A DNA stretch of 64,000 bases, taken from NCBI GenBank assembly GCA_048940925.1, contig JBHLOC010000016.1, forward strand, positions 1 to 64,000. Reading direction: 5' to 3'. The DNA comes from Promethearchaeota archaeon (lineage in GTDB: Archaea > Asgardarchaeota > Lokiarchaeia > Sigyniarchaeales > SOKP01). Both the position numbers and the translations under genes were made by a program. This document shows positions 18,807-29,029 of the stretch, piece by piece (the first letter of the stretch is position 1; each line of letters opens with the position of its first letter). The notes under the pieces were generated by a model. The model made no database searches, was not told the DNA's origin, and was given only the letters and a program-made list of their open reading frames with translations.

Positions 18807-19805
18807 ATATCAGAAGACCAAAAGCCAGAAAAAAAGTATAATTTTAGCCAGTGGATAGTAAAAGATTTAAGAGAATTTGCCTCCAAGAATAATATAAAAA
18901 TTCCATCAAAATCTAAAAAGAAAGATATCATAGAATTGTTAGAAAAAATTGTATCACATCCAGAATTTGTTGATCGATCTGAAGAACCAGAAGAATTGGA
19001 GGAAGAGCTAATAGCAGATTTTGATGACGAGGATGATCTTGCTTTATTAAGGAAAGAAAAAATGGATCTAAAATTTTGGCAGCAACCCCCATTTTCCAGT
19101 TTATTGGATACAGAATTAGCTAAAGAATCAGATATAGCTTTTTATGATTTAGCTAGTCTAGTTGATGAATTTTTCGATAATATGCTTCACGAAGATTTAA
19201 TTAACTATAAGATCTCCGGAATTGCATTAAAGACTTCAGCATCATTACATCATTATAAAATTACTAGTATAATAAAAGAAGAAGAACAAATTCAAAAAAA
19301 AGAAGAATTAGAACGATATCGACAAAGACATAGCAGATCAATACCAAAAGCTCTACCCCAACCAATACAACCTAAAATGCAAATTGCTACAAAGGAGGAA
19401 TTGTTTGATGCTATGAGATCTGCTATAATAGAAGTAATGCAAAGTAAAGAAAAATTAAAAAGAAGGAGGATGCGAAAAGAAGAATTAAAACAACAAAGAA
19501 TACAATTGAGATCAAAAGCTCAATTACCAAAAGAACTTTTAAAACACATTAGTGGAAAAGATCAGACAATTGAAGAGTTACATGAATCATGGTATAACAG
19601 GATAAAAGCTACAATTAATTTAGATGATAAAGAAACGAGTTTTTTTGATTTGACAAAAATTATTAAAGATGAAGAAGAAACTAGCATAGGTAGGAAATTT
19701 ATTTTAGTAAGGATGTTTTTAGCTTTAATGTTTTTATCCACAGGAGGTAAATTGAATTTATCTCAAGATGAAGATTTTAAGAATATATCTATAGATTTAA
19801 AATAA
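18807..19805 (+). CDS. scpA: kleisin ScpA with N-terminal HeH/SAP-like module; probable ATA start upstream of the track's TTG
   Basis: N-kleisin DLASLVDEFF...INYKISGIALKTSASL and C-terminal FLALMFL..GKLNLSQDEDFKNI; lies between smc and scpB. Frame is open from 18801, with GGTGA at 18796-18800. Confidence 0.85.
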   Translation: MSEDQKPEKKYNFSQWIVKDLREFASKNNIKIPSKSKKKDIIELLEKIVSHPEFVDRSEEPEELEEELIADFDDEDDLALLRKEKMDLKFWQQPPFSSLLDTELAKESDIAFYDLASLVDEFFDNMLHEDLINYKISGIALKTSASLHHYKITSIIKEEEQIQKKEELERYRQRHSRSIPKALPQPIQPKMQIATKEELFDAMRSAIIEVMQSKEKLKRRRMRKEELKQQRIQLRSKAQLPKELLKHISGKDQTIEELHESWYNRIKATINLDDKETSFFDLTKIIKDEEETSIGRKFILVRMFLALMFLSTGGKLNLSQDEDFKNISIDLK

Positions 19806-19831
19806 AATAATTATAGACAAATTAAAATCTC

Positions 19832-20737
19832 ATGAATAATTTAAACAAAAATTTAAAGGAAAATCCAGAGGAAGAACCTCTCGAAAATATTGAAGAAATC
19901 TCTGAAGTAGTTTCAAATGAAGGGAATGAAGCAGAAGAAATTAAAGAGAGTGATCAACAGGTTAAAGAAGTTTCTATTGATGAAGTCAGTAAAGATGAAT
20001 TCGGTATCGATGAGAAAGGAGATACTATAGAAGAAAAATATGGGGATATTGAAGATGAGTATATAGAACGTGAAAATTTAGAAAATCTTGATGAGAGTGT
20101 TGAACTTAAACCTTTAGAGAGTGAACCGCTAGAAGAAGTATCATTAGAAGTACAACTCAGAGAATTTCATAGGAACTTAATTGAAGCTTCATTATATGCT
20201 GCAGGCAGGCCTCTGAGCATCGAAGAAATTTCGAATAAGTTAGAAATATCTAAAAAAGAAGTAGAAGAATTAATTAATTTGGTTGCTTTTGATTATATGG
20301 AACGATCGACAGCATTAGTTATAGCTCAAATTGGGGATAGATACCAAATGCAGATTAAACCAGAATATACAGAAAAAGTTTCTAAATTTGCTAAAGGAGG
20401 AGCTATTGCAGAGCGATATTTAAGAACCTTGACTATTATAGCTTTAAAACAACCAATTTTAAAATCAACCGTGGTAAAATTAAGAGGATCTGGAGCATAT
20501 GAACATGTAAAATATCTAATTGATAATGGATTTATAGATGCTGTCAAAAAAGGAAGAACTCATGAGTTAACTACAACAGATAAATATTCTGATATGTTCG
20601 GATTGCCGAAAGATAAAATTGAATTGAAACGTGTTATGATTAAACAATTAGGGGTAGAAGAAGTTACAAGTAGCGAACAACCAGAAGAAATTGAAGATGA
20701 ACAGAACATAGATCAAGAAAAATTAGACAAAGAATAA
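19832..20737 (+). CDS. scpB: kite subunit ScpB with long acidic N-terminal tail
   Basis: IEASLYAAGRPLS, LRTLTIIALKQPI, LRGSGAYEHVKYL, TTDKYSDMFGL. Confidence 0.92.
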   Translation: MNNLNKNLKENPEEEPLENIEEISEVVSNEGNEAEEIKESDQQVKEVSIDEVSKDEFGIDEKGDTIEEKYGDIEDEYIERENLENLDESVELKPLESEPLEEVSLEVQLREFHRNLIEASLYAAGRPLSIEEISNKLEISKKEVEELINLVAFDYMERSTALVIAQIGDRYQMQIKPEYTEKVSKFAKGGAIAERYLRTLTIIALKQPILKSTVVKLRGSGAYEHVKYLIDNGFIDAVKKGRTHELTTTDKYSDMFGLPKDKIELKRVMIKQLGVEEVTSSEQPEEIEDEQNIDQEKLDKE

Positions 20738-20754
20738 ATCCAATTGTTAACAAT

Positions 20755-23355
20755 TTATTTGAAAAAATAAATTTTTATATCAAGATCTTCGATATTCTGC
20801 TTCAAATCTGATTCAACTTCAATAGATTTCTCTTCAGACTTATCAATAACTTCTATATTTGATATTCTATTTGTATTCATTATATCTTCTCTTGAGTCTA
20901 TAATTTTATCCATTTGATTTTTATCAGTTATAAAGATCACTCTCTCAATCTCTTGATTTAAGGGTATTTGAAGCTGTGATTTGAGCATTCTCAGATGTTT
21001 TATTAATTCAATAGCAAATTTACCTTTTTTAGAAAATTCCTCAGAAATGTTTTCATAGTTCATAGGCCACTTCTCTAAATGAATTGATTTCAGATTTCTA
21101 AATTTTTTATAAATGACATGATATATTTCCTCAGAAATAAAAGGCATAATTATCGCTAAAATGTTCAATATTTTGTAAAATAAATTTAGAGCATGTTTCA
21201 ATGAGGTTTTTCTAATGTTTGGATCTTCTATATAAAACTTATACTTTATTGCTTCGATGTATTGATCGCAAATATCATTCCAGAAAAAAGAACGTAAAAG
21301 CATTGTGGCTTCGTGCCAATTGTATGCGTCAAAATATTTAGTAATCAGCTCTAAGTTATTGTTAAATTCTGAATAGAAGAAACAATCAATTGGAGATAAA
21401 TCTTTAGGATTTATATTTAGGTCATTAATATCGACTTTATTTAAACTTAAAAATAAAAATCTATACGCGTTCCATATTTTAGTAATAAATCTTGAAGCAC
21501 CAACCAATTGTTCATACCTTATCCCATACTTTTTATTAAATTTATCTTCTGTAAGCTTGTTCTTTTCCTTTAAGATCTTTTCAATGGAGATTGGCTGATT
21601 AGATTGAAGATTAATCCAAGAAAATTCGAATGGATAATCATCACCAAGTGAACCCATTGCTGCCCAATACCTAAGAGTATCTGCTCCAAAATCAGGCATA
21701 ACTTCATCTGGTGATACAGAATTACCAAGACTTTTAGACATATGCCGACCATCTGGACCAGCGACCATCCCATTTATCATTGCTTCATAAAATGGAGATT
21801 TTCCAGTTAATTTTTTACATCGAAATAATGTATAAAATAACCAAGTTCGGATAATTTCATAGCCTTGAGGTCGATGAACTTTAGCATTCAAATAAATTTT
21901 TTCAAAAAAGGCATCATCTTCTTCCCATTTTGCTATTACTAAAGGAGTTATGCTTGAATCAATCCAACAATCACATATATCTTTTTCTCCTACAATCTTA
22001 TTACTCTTACATTTAGGGCATTCCTCAACAGGTGGAGAAACTTTAACTGGATCTAATGGTAAATCCCCTTTATCTGGAGGTATTACATAATCACAATCTT
22101 TACAATACCAAAAGGGTATAGGAGTTCCGAAAACTCGTTGTCGGGAAATAACCCAATTCCAATCCAGACCTTCAGCCCAATCGAGTAATCTTTGTTTTTG
22201 TTTTTCTGGATACCATCTCATATTTTTTGCTGAATCAATAATCTCCTGAGTAAAATCTTTTACATTAATAAACCACTGATAAACTGGCAAATATTCAATG
22301 GGCTTGCGACAAGATGATCGTTCAGTATGGACAATAATACTATGTTCATAATCTTCTATTTTCTCAATTAGCCCCATCTTATCAAGATCTTTGACAATTT
22401 GCTCTCTAGCTTCCATTATCGTTAATCCTTGATATTTAGAGTTCTTATTCATATGACCATCTTCAGTAAATATTTGGATCTCATCTAAATTATATTCGAT
22501 TTTCCATTTAATATCCATCTCATCTCCATATGTGCAAACATAGACAACACCAGTGCCAAAATTCATATCAACTGTGCTATCCATATAAACTCGAACAGTA
22601 CGGTTCGTAAAAGGAATTTCTATTTCAGCAGCAGATAGGTCATAATAACGATCATCATTTGGATTTACCATTACTGCAACACATGCTTCCATATATTCTG
22701 GACGTGTTGTAGCTATAGACACAAATTCATTGTCTCTACCTACGATTGGTAATTTTAAATACCATAATTTTCCTTTCTCTTCCTGATATCCCACTTCTGC
22801 TTTAGCAACAGAAGTCTCGCAGTTAACACAAAAATGAGTTGGAAATTTTTCACGATATAACCATCCTTTTTCATAGAAATAAAGAAGTGATAATTGAACT
22901 TTATATTTATAATCATCATTCATAGTACGATACGTAAAATTCCAATCAGAAGAATATCCTAACTCATCAAATTGCCTTCTCATATTTTTAATATTGGCAT
23001 CTACCCATTCAACACATTTTTCTAAGAAATCATCTCGTTGATGTTGAGAGATTCCATATTCTCTTTGTACGGCTAATTCCACAGGAAGACCATGACAATC
23101 AAAACCTTGGGGGAAATAAACATTATCACCTTTCATTTTATGATATCTTGCTACGAAATCAATCCATGAATGATTTAAAATATGCCCCATATGGAGATCT
23201 CCACTTACGAAAGGAGGTGGTGTATCAATGGTAAATACTTCATCCTTACAGTCTTCATCAAATGCATATATCTTATTTTCTTTCCAAAATTTCATCCATT
23301 TTTTTTGAACTTCTTTAAAGTTAAACCGTTTTGGATAAATTGTTTCTTGTGCCAT
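20755..23355 (-). CDS. valS: valine-tRNA ligase, archaeal type
   Basis: DTPPPFVSGDLHMGH, GFDCHGLP, ATTRPE, WVISRQRVFGTPIP, RPQGYEIIRTW, HMSKSLGN; no C-terminal coiled coil. Confidence 0.93.
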   Translation of the reverse strand: MAQETIYPKRFNFKEVQKKWMKFWKENKIYAFDEDCKDEVFTIDTPPPFVSGDLHMGHILNHSWIDFVARYHKMKGDNVYFPQGFDCHGLPVELAVQREYGISQHQRDDFLEKCVEWVDANIKNMRRQFDELGYSSDWNFTYRTMNDDYKYKVQLSLLYFYEKGWLYREKFPTHFCVNCETSVAKAEVGYQEEKGKLWYLKLPIVGRDNEFVSIATTRPEYMEACVAVMVNPNDDRYYDLSAAEIEIPFTNRTVRVYMDSTVDMNFGTGVVYVCTYGDEMDIKWKIEYNLDEIQIFTEDGHMNKNSKYQGLTIMEAREQIVKDLDKMGLIEKIEDYEHSIIVHTERSSCRKPIEYLPVYQWFINVKDFTQEIIDSAKNMRWYPEKQKQRLLDWAEGLDWNWVISRQRVFGTPIPFWYCKDCDYVIPPDKGDLPLDPVKVSPPVEECPKCKSNKIVGEKDICDCWIDSSITPLVIAKWEEDDAFFEKIYLNAKVHRPQGYEIIRTWLFYTLFRCKKLTGKSPFYEAMINGMVAGPDGRHMSKSLGNSVSPDEVMPDFGADTLRYWAAMGSLGDDYPFEFSWINLQSNQPISIEKILKEKNKLTEDKFNKKYGIRYEQLVGASRFITKIWNAYRFLFLSLNKVDINDLNINPKDLSPIDCFFYSEFNNNLELITKYFDAYNWHEATMLLRSFFWNDICDQYIEAIKYKFYIEDPNIRKTSLKHALNLFYKILNILAIIMPFISEEIYHVIYKKFRNLKSIHLEKWPMNYENISEEFSKKGKFAIELIKHLRMLKSQLQIPLNQEIERVIFITDKNQMDKIIDSREDIMNTNRISNIEVIDKSEEKSIEVESDLKQNIEDLDIKIYFFK

Positions 23356-23537
23356 TTTAGACTCTAGCTAGAAGAATAATAAATATAAAAATACATAATA
23401 TTTGATAACTTTATAAGATTTATTTAAATCTAATCTAAAAACTTCAAGAAATTAATTACAGGTTAAAAAATGAATAAGTAAAAGAGAACTCAAATCTTAA
23501 ATTTTTAATAGCTTTTTCATTTCTGATCTACTTTCCT

Positions 23538-26285
23538 TCAGCGTAGAATTTCAAGTTGTTCTTCGAGCATTTCCATTCTTTTTTTTAATTGTTCTCGGTT
23601 TTCTCGCTCCCTTTGAACTATTTCTGGATTAGCTCGTATTGCAAAAGGTCCATTCAATTTTATTTCGCTCTTTTGTATTTGTTCAGCAATAGATTCAATT
23701 TGTTTTGAAATACGTACAATTTCCATTTTTATGTCAATTATTTCTTCTAATGGAAGATATATTGCTATCCCTTGAAGAACGAATCGAGCAGAATGTCTTG
23801 GTACATTGGTTACATCAATTTTAAATTTATTTTTATCTATACGAGATAAAGTGATTATTTCTGAAGTGACACTCTCAATTAATCCCCTTTTTTCTCCAGT
23901 TTGTATAATCAATGGTATTTTCAAACCAGATTCTATATTGAACTCCCTTCTTGTTCGTCGAATTTCATGAATTATTGAAGTGATTAAATCAAAATCCTTC
24001 TCGAGTGTGTTCTCTATTAATGATTCATCTGGTTCTGGCCATTTTGCTACAATTAAGGCAGGACCATCTTTTACCTCTTCTGGTAATGCCTGCCATAAAG
24101 TCTCTGTCAGAAAAGGTATGATAGGATGGAGAAGACGTAGTGATGTTTCTAAAACATACAGCAAAATTGATATTGGTATAATTTTATCTCGCTCTTTTTC
24201 ATCATAAATCCGGATTTTAGAAATTTCAATATACCAATCACAAAATTGATCCCAATAAAACGACCTTATCGAACGAGCAGCGTTTAAATAATCATATTCT
24301 TTATAAAAGTTATTAACTTGTTTTATCATTTTATTTAATCGAGAAACAATCCATCGGTCTCCAATATGAAGCTTTTCCATTAGATTTAAAGCTGAAAACC
24401 TTTCGATCTTTTCTGTTTTATCAAGGGTGCTAAGAATATAGTTTACAGATTGCCAGATCTTATTACAAAAATTTTTTGAGGCTCTAAGAAGCCCCTCTCC
24501 AAGATTTAAGTCTTTACCAGGCACCGTGTTTGCAATAAATGTAAATCGTAATGAGTCTGCCCCATATTTTTCAATAATCTTTAATGGATCATATTCTTCA
24601 ATGTTTTCCATTGATTTACTTATCTTCTTACCTTCTTCATTGCGAATCATTCCATGAAAATAACATAATCGATAAGGAGATTGTTTAGTTAATTCTAATC
24701 CTAACATCATTTCTCGAGCGACCCAGAAAAATAGAATATCATATCCTGTTTCACGTATGTCATTGGGATAAAATCTTTTTAAATCTTCACTCTCCATATT
24801 TGGCCAACCTAAAGTTGCGAATGGCCATAACCCGGAAGAAAACCAAGTATCTAAAATATCCTCATCTTGCTTCAGATTTTTATCATTACAAATAGGACAG
24901 TGAGCAGGTTCTTCCATTTCACAGATTTCATGCCCATTTGAGCAATACCATACTGGAATTTGATGTCCCCACCATAATTGACGACTGATACACCAATCTC
25001 TTATATTCTCCATCCATTGATAAAATCGTAATTCTTCTCTTTCTGGTATCATCATAGTTATTCCACTTCTGACGGCATCAATGGCTTCTCTAGCAAGATT
25101 TTTCGTTCTAACAAACCATTGAGTTGAAATTCTTGGTTCAATAACAGTGTTACATCGTTGACAATGAGCGACAGTATGAGTATAAGGTTCAATTTTATCT
25201 AATAAGCCTTCTTTTTTCAAATCCCTGACTATTTCTTCTCGACATTTAAATCGATCTATATTTGCATATTTTCCAGAATATTTTGGAACCATCTTTCCAG
25301 TTTCATCTATGACGGTTATAGCCTCTAAATCATACTTAATTCCAATTTCATAATCATTTGGATCATGTGCGGGAGTAATTTTTAGAGCTCCTGTTCCAAA
25401 TTCAGGATCGACATATTTATCTTCAAAAACAGGGATTTCACGTCCAAGAACTGGTAATAAAGCGGTTTTTCCCTTATATTTAGAGTATTGTGGATGGTTT
25501 ATAGCAATAGCAATTGCGGTGTCACCTAATAATGTTTCGGGACGAGTTGTTGCTAGTATTATAAAATCTGTGGCACCTTCCGCCCATTTACCGGATGCCC
25601 ATTCCGCTTTTGGTCCTTTCCATTTATCTGTTAAAATAGGATATTTCAAATACCATAAGTTACTCATGTGTTCTTCATTTTCGGCTTCTAAATTTGAGAT
25701 CGCAGAGGTGCACCTTCCAGGACACCAATTTACCATATATGTTCCTCTATATATTAAACCTTTATCATAAAGGTGTTTAAATGCTGTTAACACAGCTTTA
25801 TGATATTTCTCATCCAAAGTAAATCTATTGCGAGTCCAATCGCATGAAGCACCCATTCTTCTAGATTGGTCTAATATTATATCCTGATGTTTATTAGTCC
25901 AATCCCATGCTATTTCAATAAATTTTTTTCGTCCAATATCTTTTCTATTAATCCCTTTTTTTGCTAATTCTCTTTCCACAACATTATGGGTAGCTATACT
26001 GGCATGGTCAGTCCCCGGAAGAAATAGAGTTTCTTTTTGGTTCATACGTTCATAACGAGTCATAAGATCTTCAAGTGTAATGACAATCGCATGTCCTAGA
26101 TGAAGAACACCAGTTACATTCGGAGGTGGAAATGTTATACAAAAACGGGGTCCTTTCTCTTTTACTAATCCTAATTCTCGTTGTTTTTCAGGGCGAAAAT
26201 ATCCTTCTGATTCCCACCATTCATAGATACTTTTTTCAATTTTCTGTGGATCATGTACTTTTGATAAATTGTTGAAATCTAACAT
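23538..26285 (-). CDS. valS: valine-tRNA ligase, bacterial type
   Basis: PPPNVTGVLHLGHA, GTDHASIAT, WCISRQLWWGH, LDTWFSS, TGYDILFFWV, KISKS, C-terminal coiled-coil tRNA-binding arm. Confidence 0.92.
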   Translation of the reverse strand: MLDFNNLSKVHDPQKIEKSIYEWWESEGYFRPEKQRELGLVKEKGPRFCITFPPPNVTGVLHLGHAIVITLEDLMTRYERMNQKETLFLPGTDHASIATHNVVERELAKKGINRKDIGRKKFIEIAWDWTNKHQDIILDQSRRMGASCDWTRNRFTLDEKYHKAVLTAFKHLYDKGLIYRGTYMVNWCPGRCTSAISNLEAENEEHMSNLWYLKYPILTDKWKGPKAEWASGKWAEGATDFIILATTRPETLLGDTAIAIAINHPQYSKYKGKTALLPVLGREIPVFEDKYVDPEFGTGALKITPAHDPNDYEIGIKYDLEAITVIDETGKMVPKYSGKYANIDRFKCREEIVRDLKKEGLLDKIEPYTHTVAHCQRCNTVIEPRISTQWFVRTKNLAREAIDAVRSGITMMIPEREELRFYQWMENIRDWCISRQLWWGHQIPVWYCSNGHEICEMEEPAHCPICNDKNLKQDEDILDTWFSSGLWPFATLGWPNMESEDLKRFYPNDIRETGYDILFFWVAREMMLGLELTKQSPYRLCYFHGMIRNEEGKKISKSMENIEEYDPLKIIEKYGADSLRFTFIANTVPGKDLNLGEGLLRASKNFCNKIWQSVNYILSTLDKTEKIERFSALNLMEKLHIGDRWIVSRLNKMIKQVNNFYKEYDYLNAARSIRSFYWDQFCDWYIEISKIRIYDEKERDKIIPISILLYVLETSLRLLHPIIPFLTETLWQALPEEVKDGPALIVAKWPEPDESLIENTLEKDFDLITSIIHEIRRTRREFNIESGLKIPLIIQTGEKRGLIESVTSEIITLSRIDKNKFKIDVTNVPRHSARFVLQGIAIYLPLEEIIDIKMEIVRISKQIESIAEQIQKSEIKLNGPFAIRANPEIVQRERENREQLKKRMEMLEEQLEILR

Positions 26286-26373
26286 TTTTAATCAAATATA
26301 ATGAAATTCTTAATGTGAAACTAATACTCTGATTGATTTTGAAATTAAATATTGGTTGTTTTTTATCTATAAA

Positions 26374-26445
26374 TGGACCTGACGGGAATTGAACCCGTGA
26401 CCTCTTGAATGCGAATCAAGCGATCTTCCACTGATCTACAGGCCC
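26374..26445 (-). tRNA. tRNA-Ala(CGC), intronless, CCA not encoded
   Basis: GGGCCTG TA GATC AGTGGAA GATC G CTTGA TTCGCAT TCAAG AGGTC ACGGG TTCAATT CCCGT CAGGTCC A: full cloverleaf with the G3:U70 alanine identity pair. Confidence 0.97.
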
Positions 26446-26531
26446 AACTATAATTTTTAATATATATATTCTTTAAAACAAAATACCTAAAATTTTTTAT
26501 TATTTTTCAAGGATCATTTGAAAATAAGAGA

Positions 26532-28910
26532 TTAATACTCGGTTCGGGCTATAATTTCATCCTGTGCGTTTTTTGATAATTCTGTAAAATATACCGAGTA
26601 TCCTGCAATCCTTACAACCAAACCTCTATAATCATTAGGATTTTTTTGAGCTTCACATAGAGTTTCTTTCCCCACAACATTAAATTGGACTTGATAACCC
26701 CCTTTAGGTTCAAAAAACGTTCGAATCAGTGGAATCAACACTTCTGTTTTTAACGTATTTGGGTGAAAAGATAAAATCAATGAATTACCATTTGTCATCA
26801 ACTCATTTTTAAGTTTTTTTATAGAATTAAGAATAGCAGTAGGACCTTTTTTATCCATCCCACTTGTAGGACCCAGACCATTCGAAAGTGGTTCTGACTT
26901 TCTTCTACCGTCTGCTGAAGCCGCGGTAAAAACACCAAATGCTAAATGAAATGTTGTGGAATAAATTCCAGGATTAAATTTCCCTCCTCGATAATTTGTA
27001 TGCTTTACAATTTCTTCACAATAAAATCGTGCAACATCAATTGCTATTTGATCAACGTAATTGTCATCGTTTCCAAATTTTGGAACTTTATTTACAAAAA
27101 TTTCACGCCACTCATTTCCTTTTCTTCCTTTATAAGTACCCTTGAAATTCTTTACTAGCAACTGAACTAAATCTTCAAATTGCAGGAGTTTATCTTCAAA
27201 AACAACCTTTTTAATTACAGCAAGACTGTCTGCAACTGTAGCTAGACCAATTAGTTGAGGACCTGTAAAATTGTAAATTGCCCCACCTTTTGTTATATCT
27301 AATCCCCGTTCTATACAAGCGTCTATAGTTGCAGATAAAAATGGTTGAGGAGTAAGTTCAGCAATTGCTTTATCAAGAAAATACATTGTTTTAACCATCT
27401 TTTCAATGAAATATTTTATTTGCTTCTTAAAGTTATCCCAAAGATCTCCATAAGAAGTAATCTCTTTAGAAATTTTAAGTCCGTATTCTCTTCTAGTTAA
27501 CATGTCGACTCCATTGTTCAATACTAATTCTAAACATTTCACTATATTGAATTGGTTTGCATTTGTTGATCCAAATGATTTATATGGATGTTGAGGTTCA
27601 ACACATCCTATTGGTGCGTATTCTCGCGCATCTTCAAGAGTAAAACCTCGATTAATAAGACCAGGGATCATTACATGATCATTAAATAAGGCAATGCTAG
27701 TACCACTTTTTATAGATTCTCCCACTTTATTAAGATAATCTTCTGAAGTATTTTTGTGAATTCTCACACAAAAAGTTGGTTGAACTGTTTTAATATGAGT
27801 GTATGAATCTAAAATAATCATAGATAATTTATTTGTAGCGTCTTTTCCCTCAAAATCTAATCCCCCAATTACTACGTTTTCAGCAATAGGAGGACCCTCA
27901 ACAGCCACCACTCCTTTTGATATAACATAGTTCCATAAAGTAGAAAGCTTTATGAAAAAGCATTCAATAAGAAACTGAACTTTTTCGTCTGTAATCTTCC
28001 CTTTTTCTATATCTTCTAAATAATAAGGATATAAATATTGATCTAATCGCCCAACAGAAATAGCAAAGCCGCCATCTTCTAAGCCACATATTAGATGAGT
28101 AAAGTAGATTAGCTGTAGTGCCTCTTCAAAACTACTTGGTGGATTTCCAGAGATATTATTGCAAATTTCAGAGATATCAAAGAGTTCTTTTTGACGTTCG
28201 AGATTCTGCTCATTTTCAGCCATTTCTCTCGCTAAATTTGAAAACCTTTGCATGAATTTTATAGCTGCTTTCAATTCAATGATTACTGATTCTAAAAAAA
28301 TTTTTTTATTTTTATCATTAGAAAACTTTTCCAAACTCTCACTTGTTTTTTGAATTAAACCCTTGATCCCGTATTTTAATATATTTTCATGTCCTGGAAA
28401 GAAATGACCAATTCCACTAGATAATTCCACATCAACAGTATATACAAGTTTTTCCATAATATATCTTAAATCTGAATTTAAATATGATTGAAACCTTTCT
28501 TGAACAGTCTCTTCTTCATTTTTCCAATAAGGAATAATCTTTTCTTTTATTAGTTCTCTTTCTTCATTTGTTAAGAAAAGCTTTTGGATAGGACGAGTAT
28601 CATAATTATCAATATCTTGCTCTATTGTATCTATTCGAGCTTCAGGATATAGAGGAGTTCCTACAAACTTTGTACATCTATTTCCGATAATATATTCATC
28701 ATTCCAAATTTTAATTGTCATATTTGTCAAATAATAATCCATAGCTTTTGCAAATCTTATGATTGGATTTTCCCCTTTAGTCATTTTATATGACTCTGTA
28801 AAAAGCTTAGCTCTTTCGATACAAATTTCATGTGGAGCTTTTACAAGCTTATCTTTCATATTTAAGACACGATCATTGTAAACTGCAAAAATATTTTGTT
28901 CTACCTGCAT
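26532..28910 (-). CDS. glycyl radical enzyme (PFL-like/PflD family), substrate unknown
   Basis: SVGRLDQYL, single-Cys loop PIGCVEP, PKFGND, QFNVV, Gly-radical motif VRIAGYS. Confidence 0.9.
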   Translation of the reverse strand: MQVEQNIFAVYNDRVLNMKDKLVKAPHEICIERAKLFTESYKMTKGENPIIRFAKAMDYYLTNMTIKIWNDEYIIGNRCTKFVGTPLYPEARIDTIEQDIDNYDTRPIQKLFLTNEERELIKEKIIPYWKNEEETVQERFQSYLNSDLRYIMEKLVYTVDVELSSGIGHFFPGHENILKYGIKGLIQKTSESLEKFSNDKNKKIFLESVIIELKAAIKFMQRFSNLAREMAENEQNLERQKELFDISEICNNISGNPPSSFEEALQLIYFTHLICGLEDGGFAISVGRLDQYLYPYYLEDIEKGKITDEKVQFLIECFFIKLSTLWNYVISKGVVAVEGPPIAENVVIGGLDFEGKDATNKLSMIILDSYTHIKTVQPTFCVRIHKNTSEDYLNKVGESIKSGTSIALFNDHVMIPGLINRGFTLEDAREYAPIGCVEPQHPYKSFGSTNANQFNIVKCLELVLNNGVDMLTRREYGLKISKEITSYGDLWDNFKKQIKYFIEKMVKTMYFLDKAIAELTPQPFLSATIDACIERGLDITKGGAIYNFTGPQLIGLATVADSLAVIKKVVFEDKLLQFEDLVQLLVKNFKGTYKGRKGNEWREIFVNKVPKFGNDDNYVDQIAIDVARFYCEEIVKHTNYRGGKFNPGIYSTTFHLAFGVFTAASADGRRKSEPLSNGLGPTSGMDKKGPTAILNSIKKLKNELMTNGNSLILSFHPNTLKTEVLIPLIRTFFEPKGGYQVQFNVVGKETLCEAQKNPNDYRGLVVRIAGYSVYFTELSKNAQDEIIARTEY

Positions 28911-29029
28911 TGATATCCCAAAAAATCATCAATTTCTATTAATTTGTGCGTATTAATTAAAATTATTATTATGAATTTTAAAAAAGATTATGTCTATAAA
29001 AAATACTTAGATCTTCCAATTAAATATGA

